Assembly (NCBI GenBank): GCA_043826435.1
Contig: JBDRQF010000038.1
Span: forward strand, 1 to 64,000
Source: Elusimicrobiota bacterium
Lineage (GTDB): Bacteria > Elusimicrobiota > Endomicrobiia > CG1-02-37-114 > JAHJSO01
Length of the DNA stretch: 64,000 nucleotides
Reading direction: 5' to 3'
The position numbers were made by a program, and so were the translations under genes. This document shows positions 19,445 to 28,475 of this stretch, piece after piece; position 1 is the first letter of the stretch; each line of letters opens with the position of its first letter. Under the pieces are notes generated by a model. It was not told the origin of the DNA. It saw nothing but the letters and a program-made list of their open reading frames with translations, and ran no database searches.

Positions 19445-20713
19445 ATGTTCAGAAAAACAATTCTTTTTGTATTGGCGATTTTATTGTTGTGCGGCGGTAC
19501 ATGCGTACCGGCGGACGGGGCGACAGCAGACAAGACAGACAAGACATACGACCAATTAAAACTTCTCCTTGACATACTCGCCTATACCCAGCAGAACTAT
19601 GTTGACGAGATTGACACGCAAAAACTCATATACAGCGCTGCCTCGGGCATGTTAAGACCCCTTGACCCGTTCTCCCAGTTTATGGAACCAAGGATATTCA
19701 ACGAGATGAAGATAGAAACAGAGGGTAAATACGGCGGGTTAGGGATAAGGATATCAGTAAGAGACAACTGGCTTACGGTTATCACCCCTATGCCGGGCAC
19801 ACCCGCTGCGAAGATAGGCATACTACCGGGTGATAAGATAATAGGGATAGAGGGCGTGTCAACGCAGGGTATAACTATGGAAGAGGCGGTAAAGAAACTC
19901 AGGGGCGACCCAGGTACGAAGGTAAAGATAACAGTTGCCAGGGATGGGATGAAAGAGCCGGTTGATTTTGAAATTACCCGGGAGATAATAAAACTTGAAT
20001 CGTTGCGTTCAAAACTGCTTGAGGGAGAAATCGGCTACGTCCACCTTCTTGAATTCAATAACAACAGCGAAGAGGACATAAAAAAGGCGATGAGAGACCT
20101 TGAGAACAAGGGGATGAAATCGTTTATTCTTGACCTGCGGAACAACCCGGGAGGCCTGCTGGACGTGGCGGTGAAAATTACCAGAATGTTCCTGGCTGAA
20201 GAAAAGATGATTGTATATACCCGCGGCAGGATACCCCGCAGCCACATGGAATACCGCGCGGACAAGATAGCCCCATGGTCGGACATCCCCATGGCTGTCC
20301 TGATTAACCGCGGCTCCGCCTCGGGTTCAGAGATTGTTGCGGGCGCCCTGCAGGACCACAAAAGGGCGGTAGTAGTCGGCTCGAGGACTTTCGGCAAGGC
20401 GAGCGTCCAGACCATACTCCCCCTGCAGGACGGATGCGCCATGAAACTGACCACTGCAAAATACTACACCCCTGCGGGCCGGCTTATACAGGTTGATACC
20501 GAGACGAAAAAAGGCGGTATAGAGCCGGATATAAAGGTTGATGTTTCGCCTGAGGTTGAAGCGAAAATCCAGGCCCAGGAGGAGATACTCTATCCCGACG
20601 GTAAAGAGCCGAAGGACGTTGCGAAAGACGAGAGGCCTGTTGACGAGGTTCTCCACCGGGCGACTGAGCTGCTTAAGGCAAGAGACATACTCCTGCAATT
20701 AAAAAAGGGCTAA
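19445..20713 (+). CDS. ctpA: C-terminal processing peptidase (S41A) with PDZ domain
   Basis: DPFS, GGLGI, DLRNNPGG, SASGSEI, FGKASVQ. Confidence 0.93.
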   Translation: MFRKTILFVLAILLLCGGTCVPADGATADKTDKTYDQLKLLLDILAYTQQNYVDEIDTQKLIYSAASGMLRPLDPFSQFMEPRIFNEMKIETEGKYGGLGIRISVRDNWLTVITPMPGTPAAKIGILPGDKIIGIEGVSTQGITMEEAVKKLRGDPGTKVKITVARDGMKEPVDFEITREIIKLESLRSKLLEGEIGYVHLLEFNNNSEEDIKKAMRDLENKGMKSFILDLRNNPGGLLDVAVKITRMFLAEEKMIVYTRGRIPRSHMEYRADKIAPWSDIPMAVLINRGSASGSEIVAGALQDHKRAVVVGSRTFGKASVQTILPLQDGCAMKLTTAKYYTPAGRLIQVDTETKKGGIEPDIKVDVSPEVEAKIQAQEEILYPDGKEPKDVAKDERPVDEVLHRATELLKARDILLQLKKG

Positions 20714-21787
20714 ATGCGAAAGGTCTTTTTTGTTTTACTTGCGATACTGTGTGCGCTGGCCGTATTTCTTTACCTGGAGAAAAAGGATTGGACGGGTTAT
20801 GTCCTGAAATTAAACGATGCGGTAAACGGGGCGCTTGTCCGCAACGGGGTCGGCGACGAGCACATCGTTGAACACTATTATAAAGAGGGGAAGAAGGGAC
20901 TTAAAAAATATCTTGAAATCACCAGAAAAATTAACCTGCGTAACCGCCCGCGAAAAGACCTTGATTTAATAAAGCAACACATAACCGATGCCGTCCGTGA
21001 ATTAAAACCCGAAGTCCGTTACTTCAAAAAAGGGGATTATTCATTCCATTTGCAATTGGGCAGGGATAAAATAAATTTTATAAATCTTGTGTTTTTATTG
21101 AAGGAAAAAACGAAGGTCGCCGTTGTCATAGACGACCTCGGATACCAGACGGCAGCCCTTGATGATTTTCTCTCATTGCCCGTTCCCGTGACTTTCGCCA
21201 TTCTTCCGAAAGAGAGGTATTCAAGGGAAATAGCCAAAAGGTTGCAGGACGCAGGCAGGCCTTATTTGATGCATCTCCCGATGGAGCCGGAGCACATGGA
21301 GAAGAACAACCCCGGCAAGGCAGCTCTCCTTGTGAATATGACCGATGCGGAAATAGAAAGAACGTTCCTTGAAAACCTAAAATGGGTAGGCAACCCGGCG
21401 GGGGTCAACAACCACATGGGCTCGGAGTTCACGAAACACAGGGATAAAATGAAGGTCGTACTGGAAATTGTCCGACGGAAAGGTATGTTTTTTTTCGACT
21501 CTTCAACGACCCCCGGGTCAGTGGCGGGTGCAGTCGCCGGAGAAATCGGTTTGCCGTTCGGAGTCAATAACGTATTTCTGGATATGGTTGACGACCCCGA
21601 ACACATAGAGAAGCAGTTCGCTTTACTGGCGCGGGTCGCAAAAAAAAACGGCAGGGCAGCGGGCATCGGTCACATCCACAAGAAACACCTCATTGAGGTT
21701 TTAAGAAAGATAGTACCCGTTTTTGAAGAAGAAGGTATTGAGTTTGTGGACCTCACTGGCTATATAGAAAGGAAACCGGCAAAATAA
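20714..21787 (+). CDS. Divergent polysaccharide deacetylase (YibQ family)
   Basis: VVIDDLG, HLPMEP, NNHMGS, DS.T, FLD, GIGH. Confidence 0.92.
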   Translation: MRKVFFVLLAILCALAVFLYLEKKDWTGYVLKLNDAVNGALVRNGVGDEHIVEHYYKEGKKGLKKYLEITRKINLRNRPRKDLDLIKQHITDAVRELKPEVRYFKKGDYSFHLQLGRDKINFINLVFLLKEKTKVAVVIDDLGYQTAALDDFLSLPVPVTFAILPKERYSREIAKRLQDAGRPYLMHLPMEPEHMEKNNPGKAALLVNMTDAEIERTFLENLKWVGNPAGVNNHMGSEFTKHRDKMKVVLEIVRRKGMFFFDSSTTPGSVAGAVAGEIGLPFGVNNVFLDMVDDPEHIEKQFALLARVAKKNGRAAGIGHIHKKHLIEVLRKIVPVFEEEGIEFVDLTGYIERKPAK

Positions 21788-22983
21788 TGTTAATCCTCGG
21801 TATAGAAACATCCTGCGATGAGACGTCGGCGGCCGTGGTTGAGGACGGCCGCAGGGTTATTTCAAACGTCGTGTCCTCGCAGGAGAAAATCCATTCAAAA
21901 TATTTCGGCGTTGTGCCTGAACTTGCAAGCAGGGAACACCTTTTAAACATAAACGGGGTACTGGAAAAAGCGGTTGAGCCGGTTGCAAAACATGGCATTT
22001 CATCGGATGGTCATTGCGAGGCGGAGCCGAAGCAATCTCACCGCCCACTCTGTCATTGCGAGGCGGAGCCGAAGCAATCCTCTTCAACCGGAATGAAGTT
22101 TGCAAAACTGGACATTTCATCTGCGCTGAGCAGGGCGATGAAAAGAATATCCGCCATTGCATGGACGTCCGGGCCCGGGCTTGCGGGTTCTCTTATCGTC
22201 GGCCAGACGGTTGCGCTTACGCTCTCTTACGTAACGGGCAAGCCGCTTGTCCCGGTTAATCACCTGGAGGGGCATATTTTCAGCGTCGTGCTTGATAATC
22301 CGGAAATCAGTCCGCCATTCCTGTCACTGATTGTTTCAGGCGGGCATACCGACCTTGTTTTTGTTGAAAGGTTCGGCAGATACAGGACACTGGGCAGGAC
22401 GCGCGACGACGCCGCAGGCGAGGCGTTTGATAAAGTCGCCAGGATTCTGGGTTTAAAATATCCCGGTGGCCCGCAGGTACAGAAGTTCGCTGCGGGCGTT
22501 GACCCGGGGAAAATCCGTTTCCCCAGGCCATTTATGGAAGAAACGGATGACTTTAGTTTCAGCGGTTTAAAAACGGCGGTCGTTTATTACGTCAGGGACC
22601 TACTGGACGGTAAAATCGGCGGTAAGGCCCGCAGGCGGGCTCAACGGCGACACCTGTCCATGTGTGAGATAAAAGATATATGCGCTGGTTTCCAGGAAGC
22701 AGTGGTTGAAACGCTTTTATATAAAACGATGAGGGCTGCGAAAAGATTAGGCGTTCACAGGGTGGCTGTGTGCGGAGGGGTTTCTGCGAACAGCCGGCTG
22801 AGGGACTTATTCAAAAAAAGGACATCCCCGGGGACGAAGGTTTTTTTTCCGTCTCCTGTGAACTGCACGGACAATGCAGCGATGATTGCGTCCGCAGGTT
22901 ATTTCCTGCGGATGAGCGCGGGCAGGGCAAAAACAAAGGAGTTCGGGATTGACCCCGGTCTTGAAATCAAAAACTGGTATTAG
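21787..22983 (+). CDS. tsaD: tRNA threonylcarbamoyltransferase TsaD carrying an in-frame repeat insertion
   Basis: LGIETSCDET, GPGL, NHLEGH, VSGGHT, DDAAGEAFDK, CTDNAAMI. Confidence 0.96.
   Translation: MLILGIETSCDETSAAVVEDGRRVISNVVSSQEKIHSKYFGVVPELASREHLLNINGVLEKAVEPVAKHGISSDGHCEAEPKQSHRPLCHCEAEPKQSSSTGMKFAKLDISSALSRAMKRISAIAWTSGPGLAGSLIVGQTVALTLSYVTGKPLVPVNHLEGHIFSVVLDNPEISPPFLSLIVSGGHTDLVFVERFGRYRTLGRTRDDAAGEAFDKVARILGLKYPGGPQVQKFAAGVDPGKIRFPRPFMEETDDFSFSGLKTAVVYYVRDLLDGKIGGKARRRAQRRHLSMCEIKDICAGFQEAVVETLLYKTMRAAKRLGVHRVAVCGGVSANSRLRDLFKKRTSPGTKVFFPSPVNCTDNAAMIASAGYFLRMSAGRAKTKEFGIDPGLEIKNWY
22010..22079 (+). repeat. Two REP-like elements (42-bp period) inside tsaD
   Basis: gtcattgcgaggcggagccgaagcaatc occurs twice, translated as HCEAEPKQS. 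Confidence 0.9.
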
Positions 22984-22991
22984 ACAGCCCT

Positions 22992-23146
22992 TGTCATTGC
23001 GAGGCGAAGCCGAAGCAATCTCTTTGCCCGCTCTGTCATTGCGAGGCGAAGCCGAAGCAATCTCTTTGCCCACTCTGTCATTGCGAGGCGTAGCCGAAGC
23101 AATCTCTTTGCCCACTCTGTCATTGCGAGGCGTAGCCGAAGCAATC
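22992..23146 (+). repeat. Four tandem REP-like elements (42-bp period) flanked by a 19-bp direct repeat
   Basis: tgtcattgcgaggcg(a/t)agccgaagcaatc x4; aactggtattagacagccc at 22972-22990 and 23171-23189. Confidence 0.92.
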
Positions 23147-23190
23147 CCCTTGTCTTATTTGAAAAGCAGGAACTGGTATTAGACAGCCCA

Positions 23191-24018
23191 ATGAGTGTAA
23201 TGAAAAATAAATTTTGTGATCTGGACATGGACCGACTTAAAAGACAGGGGTTCCCTGAGGTTATTTACTGTCCGGGCAAGACGACCCGGCAAATTATAGA
23301 GATTGTGAAAAGGTTTGTTTCCGCAGGACCGGTCGTTTCGGCAGGGCAAACCCGTGCATGCCGGCAGGCCGGTCAACCGCCGGTTATGTGTACCCGCACG
23401 GACAGGAAAACGTATCTAACAGTCAAAAGGAGATTTCCGCAGGCGAGATTTTATCCGGTTGCAAAAATAATAGCAGTACCTTACGGGAAATATCCGGTTG
23501 AAACCGGCAGACAGGGCTACCCGGAGGCACCGTTTGTGTGCGTGGTGACTGCCGGCACAGCAGACATTCCCGTTGCGGAAGAATCCGCTGTTGTGTGCGG
23601 GCTGCTCGGCACGCGGGTTGAAAGAATCTACGACGTTGGTGTGGCAGGCGTCCACCGCATTCTTAAACATAAAGATACACTTTCTTCTGCCTGCTGCGTT
23701 ATTGTGGTTGCGGGTATGGAGGGGGCGCTGCCTTCGGTCGTCGGGGGGCTTGTCCCATGCCCCGTCGTCGGGGTTCCCACGTCCGTTGGCTACGGCGCGA
23801 ATTTCTCCGGGTTGTCAGCCCTCCTCACAATGCTCAACTCCTGCGCTGCTAACGTCTGCACGGTGAACATTGACGACGGGTTCGGAGCGGGGGTAATAGC
23901 GCATCTCATCGCCAGAGGGCAGTCGGCCAGAGGGCAGTCGGCCAGAGGGCAGTCGGCCAGAGGGCGGTCAGTCAGAGGGCGGTCGGTCAGCCGGCAAAGA
24001 CGCAATAAAAAACAATGA
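23191..24018 (+). CDS. larB: Nickel pincer cofactor biosynthesis protein LarB
   Basis: D..R..R.GFPEVIY..GKT, AGTADIPVAEE, DVGVAG.HR, AGMEGALPSV, PTSVGYG, VNID.GFGA. Confidence 0.92.
   Translation: MSVMKNKFCDLDMDRLKRQGFPEVIYCPGKTTRQIIEIVKRFVSAGPVVSAGQTRACRQAGQPPVMCTRTDRKTYLTVKRRFPQARFYPVAKIIAVPYGKYPVETGRQGYPEAPFVCVVTAGTADIPVAEESAVVCGLLGTRVERIYDVGVAGVHRILKHKDTLSSACCVIVVAGMEGALPSVVGGLVPCPVVGVPTSVGYGANFSGLSALLTMLNSCAANVCTVNIDDGFGAGVIAHLIARGQSARGQSARGQSARGRSVRGRSVSRQRRNKKQ
23911..23985 (+). repeat. 5 x 15-bp in-frame tandem repeat at the larB 3' end
   Basis: gccagagggcagtcg x3 plus 2 variants (ARGQS repeats). Confidence 0.9.
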
Positions 24019-25112
24019 AAATCTCATATATAAATTGTCCTTCAGGAGTTTCAGGCGACATGCTCCTTGCATCACTCATAGACGCAGGGATTAACGCCGG
24101 GCAACTTGAAAGGCATCTTAAAAGGGCGCTCCGTCTGAAAAACTGGGCGCTGGTGACTAAACGGATACGGGCAGGACACAATACGGCTGTCCAGGTGAGA
24201 GTGCTTGCCCGTGGGAAGTTGACTTTTGATTCACCCTACCGTATGCGACGGCTGATTGCAGGGAGTAAACTGCCCGGCGCGGTCAGGGAAAAATCAATAC
24301 TTGCGCTTGACACCCTGATACAAGCGGAATCCAGAGTCCACGGCGTCCCGTGTTCAAAAGTCCATTTCCATGAGTTAAATTCAATTGACACGATAATTGA
24401 CATAACCGGCGTCCTGTTAGGGTTTTACAATCTGGGTTCTGAAAGGATATACTCTTCGCCGCTTAATCTGGGAACACCCGCGCCGGCAACCCTTGAAATT
24501 GTCCACGCAAAAAGGATTCCTGTTTTGAGTAAGGGTGAGTTTTTTGAACTGACCACGCCGACGGGAGCCGCCCTGATTTCTGTTCTTGTTGATTCGTTCG
24601 CTTCCGTCGCCGGAGCGCCTGCGTTTGTGCTGAAGAGGTACGGCTACGGCGCCGGTGAGTTTGGATACACCGGTTCCCCTGACGTCCTGCAACTCTTTGT
24701 GGGATATGATGAGGGCGGTTCTGCGGGTTACCTTGCGGACCGCGTTATCATTTTTGAAACCAACATTGACGACATGGACCCGCGGCTCTACCCCTACGTT
24801 ATGGAAGAACTCTTTAAGGCAGGGGCGCTGGACGTATGGCTTACGAACATTACGATGAAACACGGAAGGCCCGGCGTCATGCTCTGCGTCCTGTTAAAGC
24901 CCGGCGATGAAGATAAAATCCGGGGGATAATTTTTAAGGAAACAACGACGTTAGGCGTCCGGAAAAGATGCGTTCTTATTGACGATGCGTCCCGCTGGAA
25001 ACTCCCCAGAAAAAAAAGGGGGAAATACAAAATCGGTTTTCTGCCGGACGGCTCAAGGAAAACAGCGGTTGAGTATAGGTCAGCCCTTAAGGATTTTTTG
25101 AAAACCACTTGA
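24015..25112 (+). CDS. larC: Nickel insertion protein LarC
   Basis: SGVSGDM, AESRVHG..VHFHE, DTIIDI, ELTTPTGAA, ETNIDD, MK.GRPG, ETTTLGVR. Confidence 0.9.
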   Translation: MKISYINCPSGVSGDMLLASLIDAGINAGQLERHLKRALRLKNWALVTKRIRAGHNTAVQVRVLARGKLTFDSPYRMRRLIAGSKLPGAVREKSILALDTLIQAESRVHGVPCSKVHFHELNSIDTIIDITGVLLGFYNLGSERIYSSPLNLGTPAPATLEIVHAKRIPVLSKGEFFELTTPTGAALISVLVDSFASVAGAPAFVLKRYGYGAGEFGYTGSPDVLQLFVGYDEGGSAGYLADRVIIFETNIDDMDPRLYPYVMEELFKAGALDVWLTNITMKHGRPGVMLCVLLKPGDEDKIRGIIFKETTTLGVRKRCVLIDDASRWKLPRKKRGKYKIGFLPDGSRKTAVEYRSALKDFLKTT

Positions 25113-25137
25113 CAAAAAATAATAATTTTGATATAAT
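25109..25137 (+). promoter_or_regulatory. Consensus sigma70 promoter
   Basis: TTGACA-17 bp-TATAAT. Confidence 0.85.
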
Positions 25138-25237
25138 TTCGTAGGGATGTCACCGTTTTTTTTGTAGCAACAGTGAAGTAAGAAGTTTAATTTATATTGA
25201 AATAAGCGACCGGGTTGTACGAAAGGCAGGACTGACA

Positions 25238-25885
25238 ATGATAAATTCACCAAAAAGGCAACGCAACCAGGACCTTTTGAGAATCTCTGAAATCGCCAGA
25301 AAGGCGGAAATACTCCCGTCAAAAATCAGGTATTATACCGACATGGGACTCCTGAATGTAAAGGGCTGGACGCAGGGCGGACACCGTCTCTATGACGAGC
25401 AGGAAACCCTCCAGCGTCTCAATTCCATAGAGTTTTTGAGCAAAAAAGGGGTTTCAATTACTGAAATTAAAAAGGAACTGAATTCCACCATCCGGAAAAA
25501 GAAACTCCTCGTGATTGACGATGAGCCGGAAATCGGCGACCTCATTTCAGACCTCATCAAACAGATGCAAACAGGCAGTGACGTTGAGTTTGACGTAAAG
25601 GTGGTGTATGACGGGTTTTCAGCGGGTCGTCTGATAAGCGAATACGTGCCTGATTTGATAATACTGGATTTGCTCCTTCCCGGGGTTGACGGTTTTGAGG
25701 TCTGCAGGGAAATAAAGAATGCGGGGCACCTGGTCAATACGAAAGTCCTTGCTGTAACCGGCTACGATTCACCCGAGAACAGGAAAAAGATTTTGCAGGC
25801 GGGTGCGGACGACTTCCTCGCCAAACCCCTGGAGGTCCAGGCAATCAGGGAAAAGATAAAAAACCTGCTGGGAATAGAAAAATGA
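25238..25885 (+). CDS. MerR-type HTH plus receiver-domain regulator
   Basis: ISEIA...IRYY...GLL...GGHRLY, then VIDDE, DLLLPGVDG, KP. Confidence 0.88.
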   Translation: MINSPKRQRNQDLLRISEIARKAEILPSKIRYYTDMGLLNVKGWTQGGHRLYDEQETLQRLNSIEFLSKKGVSITEIKKELNSTIRKKKLLVIDDEPEIGDLISDLIKQMQTGSDVEFDVKVVYDGFSAGRLISEYVPDLIILDLLLPGVDGFEVCREIKNAGHLVNTKVLAVTGYDSPENRKKILQAGADDFLAKPLEVQAIREKIKNLLGIEK

Positions 25886-26802
25886 AATTTTTGATTGCGA
25901 TTTTTTTACAGGTCATCGTTTCAGAGGTTGTGTTTGCTGGCGGGCTTTCATCCCCGAACGCCTCAATGTATTTAGGCAACCTGAAAATCGGGCAGACATA
26001 CTCACTTGAAAAATCAATGGGAATGCCATTCAGGGCGACATATAAAGACAGAGCAATCGGCGGGATATACATAGGACTCCAGAATGCGACAACGACCACC
26101 GCTGATGGTTTTGAGCCAATTCCTGATATTGGTTGGATAAAAATTATAAAGGACTATTTTACAGTTGACCCAGGAGAAGAAGTAAAAACAGATATACTTA
26201 TTACAATTCCTAACGACGAAAAGTATTTAGGGAAAAAATATGTTCTGGACATCAGGCCTGAAACTACGGCCCCCAGAACCGGCAGGGGGGAATTGGTGAT
26301 TGGGGCAGGTCTCCTTTGTCGTCTGCGGCTTGAAATAGCGGCGAAGCCGCCGACGGCTGAAGAAATTAGACAGTTAAAAAAACAAGCGCTCAGTGGAGAA
26401 ATGAACGTTGTGGTTTCACCGGAGAGAATTTTTCTTACGGGGGTGCCTGCGGGGGAAAAGATTGACCTAAAAAAGAAATACAACGAGACATTAAAGATAA
26501 TAAATTCAACAGAGTATAAAACAAACGCAATAATTAAATCAGTACCTGTAAAAACCACAGGACTTTTTGTGCCGGAGGGATATAAAGAGGCAGATAATCC
26601 CGGATGGCTCAGTATAAAAAGGGGGGAAGTTAAAATCGGTTCCAATAAGATTGTAGAAATCCCCCTTTATCTTGAAATCCCTGAAGAAAAAGCAGGCGAA
26701 AAGTTCTATTTTGTAATCAGAACACAACTCATTTCAGATATCAGGAATGTTGTGTACCATACAAAGGTCTATGTTGAAACAACGGCAATTTCAGGTGAAT
26801 GA
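25882..26802 (+). CDS. Secreted two-domain beta protein (chaperone/DUF916-like, tentative)
   Basis: Signal peptide; two internally similar halves (GFEPIPDIGWIKI / GYKEADNPGWLSI; ITIP / LEIP). Confidence 0.6.
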   Translation: MKFLIAIFLQVIVSEVVFAGGLSSPNASMYLGNLKIGQTYSLEKSMGMPFRATYKDRAIGGIYIGLQNATTTTADGFEPIPDIGWIKIIKDYFTVDPGEEVKTDILITIPNDEKYLGKKYVLDIRPETTAPRTGRGELVIGAGLLCRLRLEIAAKPPTAEEIRQLKKQALSGEMNVVVSPERIFLTGVPAGEKIDLKKKYNETLKIINSTEYKTNAIIKSVPVKTTGLFVPEGYKEADNPGWLSIKRGEVKIGSNKIVEIPLYLEIPEEKAGEKFYFVIRTQLISDIRNVVYHTKVYVETTAISGE

Positions 26803-26822
26803 AAAATCTTTTTAAAAAACCC

Positions 26823-26851
26823 TTGACAAATTCGGAAATGTGTGTTATAAT
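26823..26851 (+). promoter_or_regulatory. Consensus sigma70 promoter with extended -10
   Basis: TTGACA-17 bp-TATAAT preceded by TGn; A/T tract upstream. Confidence 0.85.
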
Positions 26852-26929
26852 GTATCAGGGAGTAAGAAGCGTGGTTTAACTTTGTATTGTTTGTATGTAA
26901 AAAATTAAAAAAGGGGGAGGTGATTAGAG

Positions 26930-27592
26930 ATGAGAAAATTTATTGGTGTGATTCTTGCTTTAGGGTTGGTCGCAGTTGCTTTTTCAGGGTTGTTCGCAGC
27001 CACCAGTGACGACGCCTATGTTATTGCTCGTTGTACTGTTAGCGTGAGCGTATTGATACCTAACACCTCAGAACAGGTTAATTTAACTGCCGGTGGTGCA
27101 GGTTCTGTCAATGAGGTGCGGATATCCACATTTGTGTGGGTTATGAATGACTCAGATGGTGCTATTTGTAAATGGGCACTCAGGGTATCAAGTCAGAATG
27201 AGTCTAATGACGGAGGAGTCGCCGATCCATGGGCACAAGTTACTGCTCCAACAGCATGGACACTTTCTACAGACGACACTGCTGCACCAAATGAAGTTGT
27301 GCTTCGGTGCGCTTTTGTCAGTATTACTGCCGCGGAGAGCCATTTCACTGGATCTGCTGGTTATCTGAGTTTAAATGACCAGTACTACAATATTGGTACG
27401 GGGTTTGCAAACCCTGCCAGTGACGCGTACACGGATGCCTGGGCCGATGGCGGATACAACGATGTGAACCCAAATCCAGGAGTACAGAGCACGAGAAACC
27501 TGTATTTCAGGTTAAGGTATCCGACTGCTGTGACTGACCAGTTATACAGAAGGTTCGTAATAACGGTCACCGCTGCACTTGCCGGAAATTAA
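26930..27592 (+). CDS. Secreted beta-rich protein, candidate fibre/pilin-like subunit
   Basis: Strong RBS GGGGAGGTGA, signal peptide, C-terminal LYFRLRYP...VITVTA strand pattern; own promoter and terminator. Confidence 0.65.
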   Translation: MRKFIGVILALGLVAVAFSGLFAATSDDAYVIARCTVSVSVLIPNTSEQVNLTAGGAGSVNEVRISTFVWVMNDSDGAICKWALRVSSQNESNDGGVADPWAQVTAPTAWTLSTDDTAAPNEVVLRCAFVSITAAESHFTGSAGYLSLNDQYYNIGTGFANPASDAYTDAWADGGYNDVNPNPGVQSTRNLYFRLRYPTAVTDQLYRRFVITVTAALAGN

Positions 27593-27634
27593 AGTTTTAT
27601 CGGGACTTGTTAAGTCCGACATAAAGCTTTTTTT
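27592..27634 (+). terminator. Rho-independent terminator candidate
   Basis: tcgggactt-gtt-aagtccga hairpin inside a longer inverted repeat, followed by a T run. Confidence 0.6.
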
Positions 27635-27910
27635 GGCAGGGTGTGGTTTTTAGTTTGTAACAGGGTTGTTGTTAGTTAGAGATATAGTTATTGGTATGAA
27701 GGTTATACCGGTGCGTTTGAACTGACCGAAGGTAGTCCCGATGTTTTCGGGACCTCCTTGGATTAGTAAAAATTCCCCCGTAGAGGTAGACTTCTGTGCC
27801 CGCTAGTTTTATTTATAAAGGGCTGACAGAAAGTCAGCTTTTTGTCTTGTCAGAGACAGGCCGTTTCCCTGCCTTAAAAGAGCCCTGTCTAATTTTTTTT
27901 AAAAAACCCC

Positions 27911-27939
27911 TTGACAAATCCGTATTTTTCAGTTATATA
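27911..27939 (+). promoter_or_regulatory. sigma70 promoter upstream of the hairpin array
   Basis: TTGACA-17 bp-TATATA preceded by ttttttttaaaaaacccc. Confidence 0.65.
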
Positions 27940-28020
27940 CAGCCGTTATCTTTAAATCTCATTTTTTCCGTTTCTTTTTGTGAGACAGGGGAAAATGAGA
28001 TTTCATATTGTTATATTATA

Positions 28021-28459
28021 GGGCTGGGCACAGAGGTTTATCCTCTGCGGGGGAACCCAGCCCTTGTTATTTTTAGCCGGGCACAGTGTCTCTTAACCTC
28101 TACGGGGGAGGAAGAGTCCTTTGTCCCGGCTTTTGTCATTATAGGCGGGCAGGAGTTCTATCTCTACGGGGGGGAAGGAATATCCTGTCCACCTGCAATT
28201 ATGTATGGCGGACGCACAGGGGTCTACGCTCTACGGGGGAGCAATGACACGCCTGTCGTCCGCCTTGCTATTTTCGGGCGGGCACAGGACCTTACTTCTA
28301 CGGGGGAGAAATGTCTTTGTTGTCCGCCCGGCACTTATCGGCAGGTACAGGGGTTTACTTCTACGGGGAAGAAAAAGTCCTGTTACCTGCCATGGACTTA
28401 TCGGCAGGCACAGGGGTCAACTTCTGCGGGGGAAAACAGAAGGAGTCCTGTTGCCTGCC
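28021..28459 (+). repeat. Array of 7 degenerate hairpin units (about 55-68 nt period), most with a cUACGg apical loop; candidate structured RNA
   Basis: Units follow stem-ACAGG-N-YTCTRCGGGG-N-CCTGT-stem with unit-specific complementary outer stems; unit 1 is truncated. Confidence 0.85.
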
Positions 28460-28475
28460 TTTTGCATAAACTAAA

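Noticed and set aside
22807..23228. Short ORFs with SLRGEAEAIS / RLLRLRLAMT repeats; possible CRISPR
   Set aside because: They are spurious translations of the REP array, and the linkers are near-identical rather than spacers
28021..28459. CRISPR array
   Set aside because: The units are degenerate self-complementary hairpins with short linkers, not identical repeats with unique 30-40 nt spacers; no cas genes are present
28021..28459. Tandem c-di-GMP or other known riboswitches
   Set aside because: The GGCAAAC/GAAA/GACGCAAAG signature is absent and I recognise no other aptamer consensus; an Rfam search is still needed
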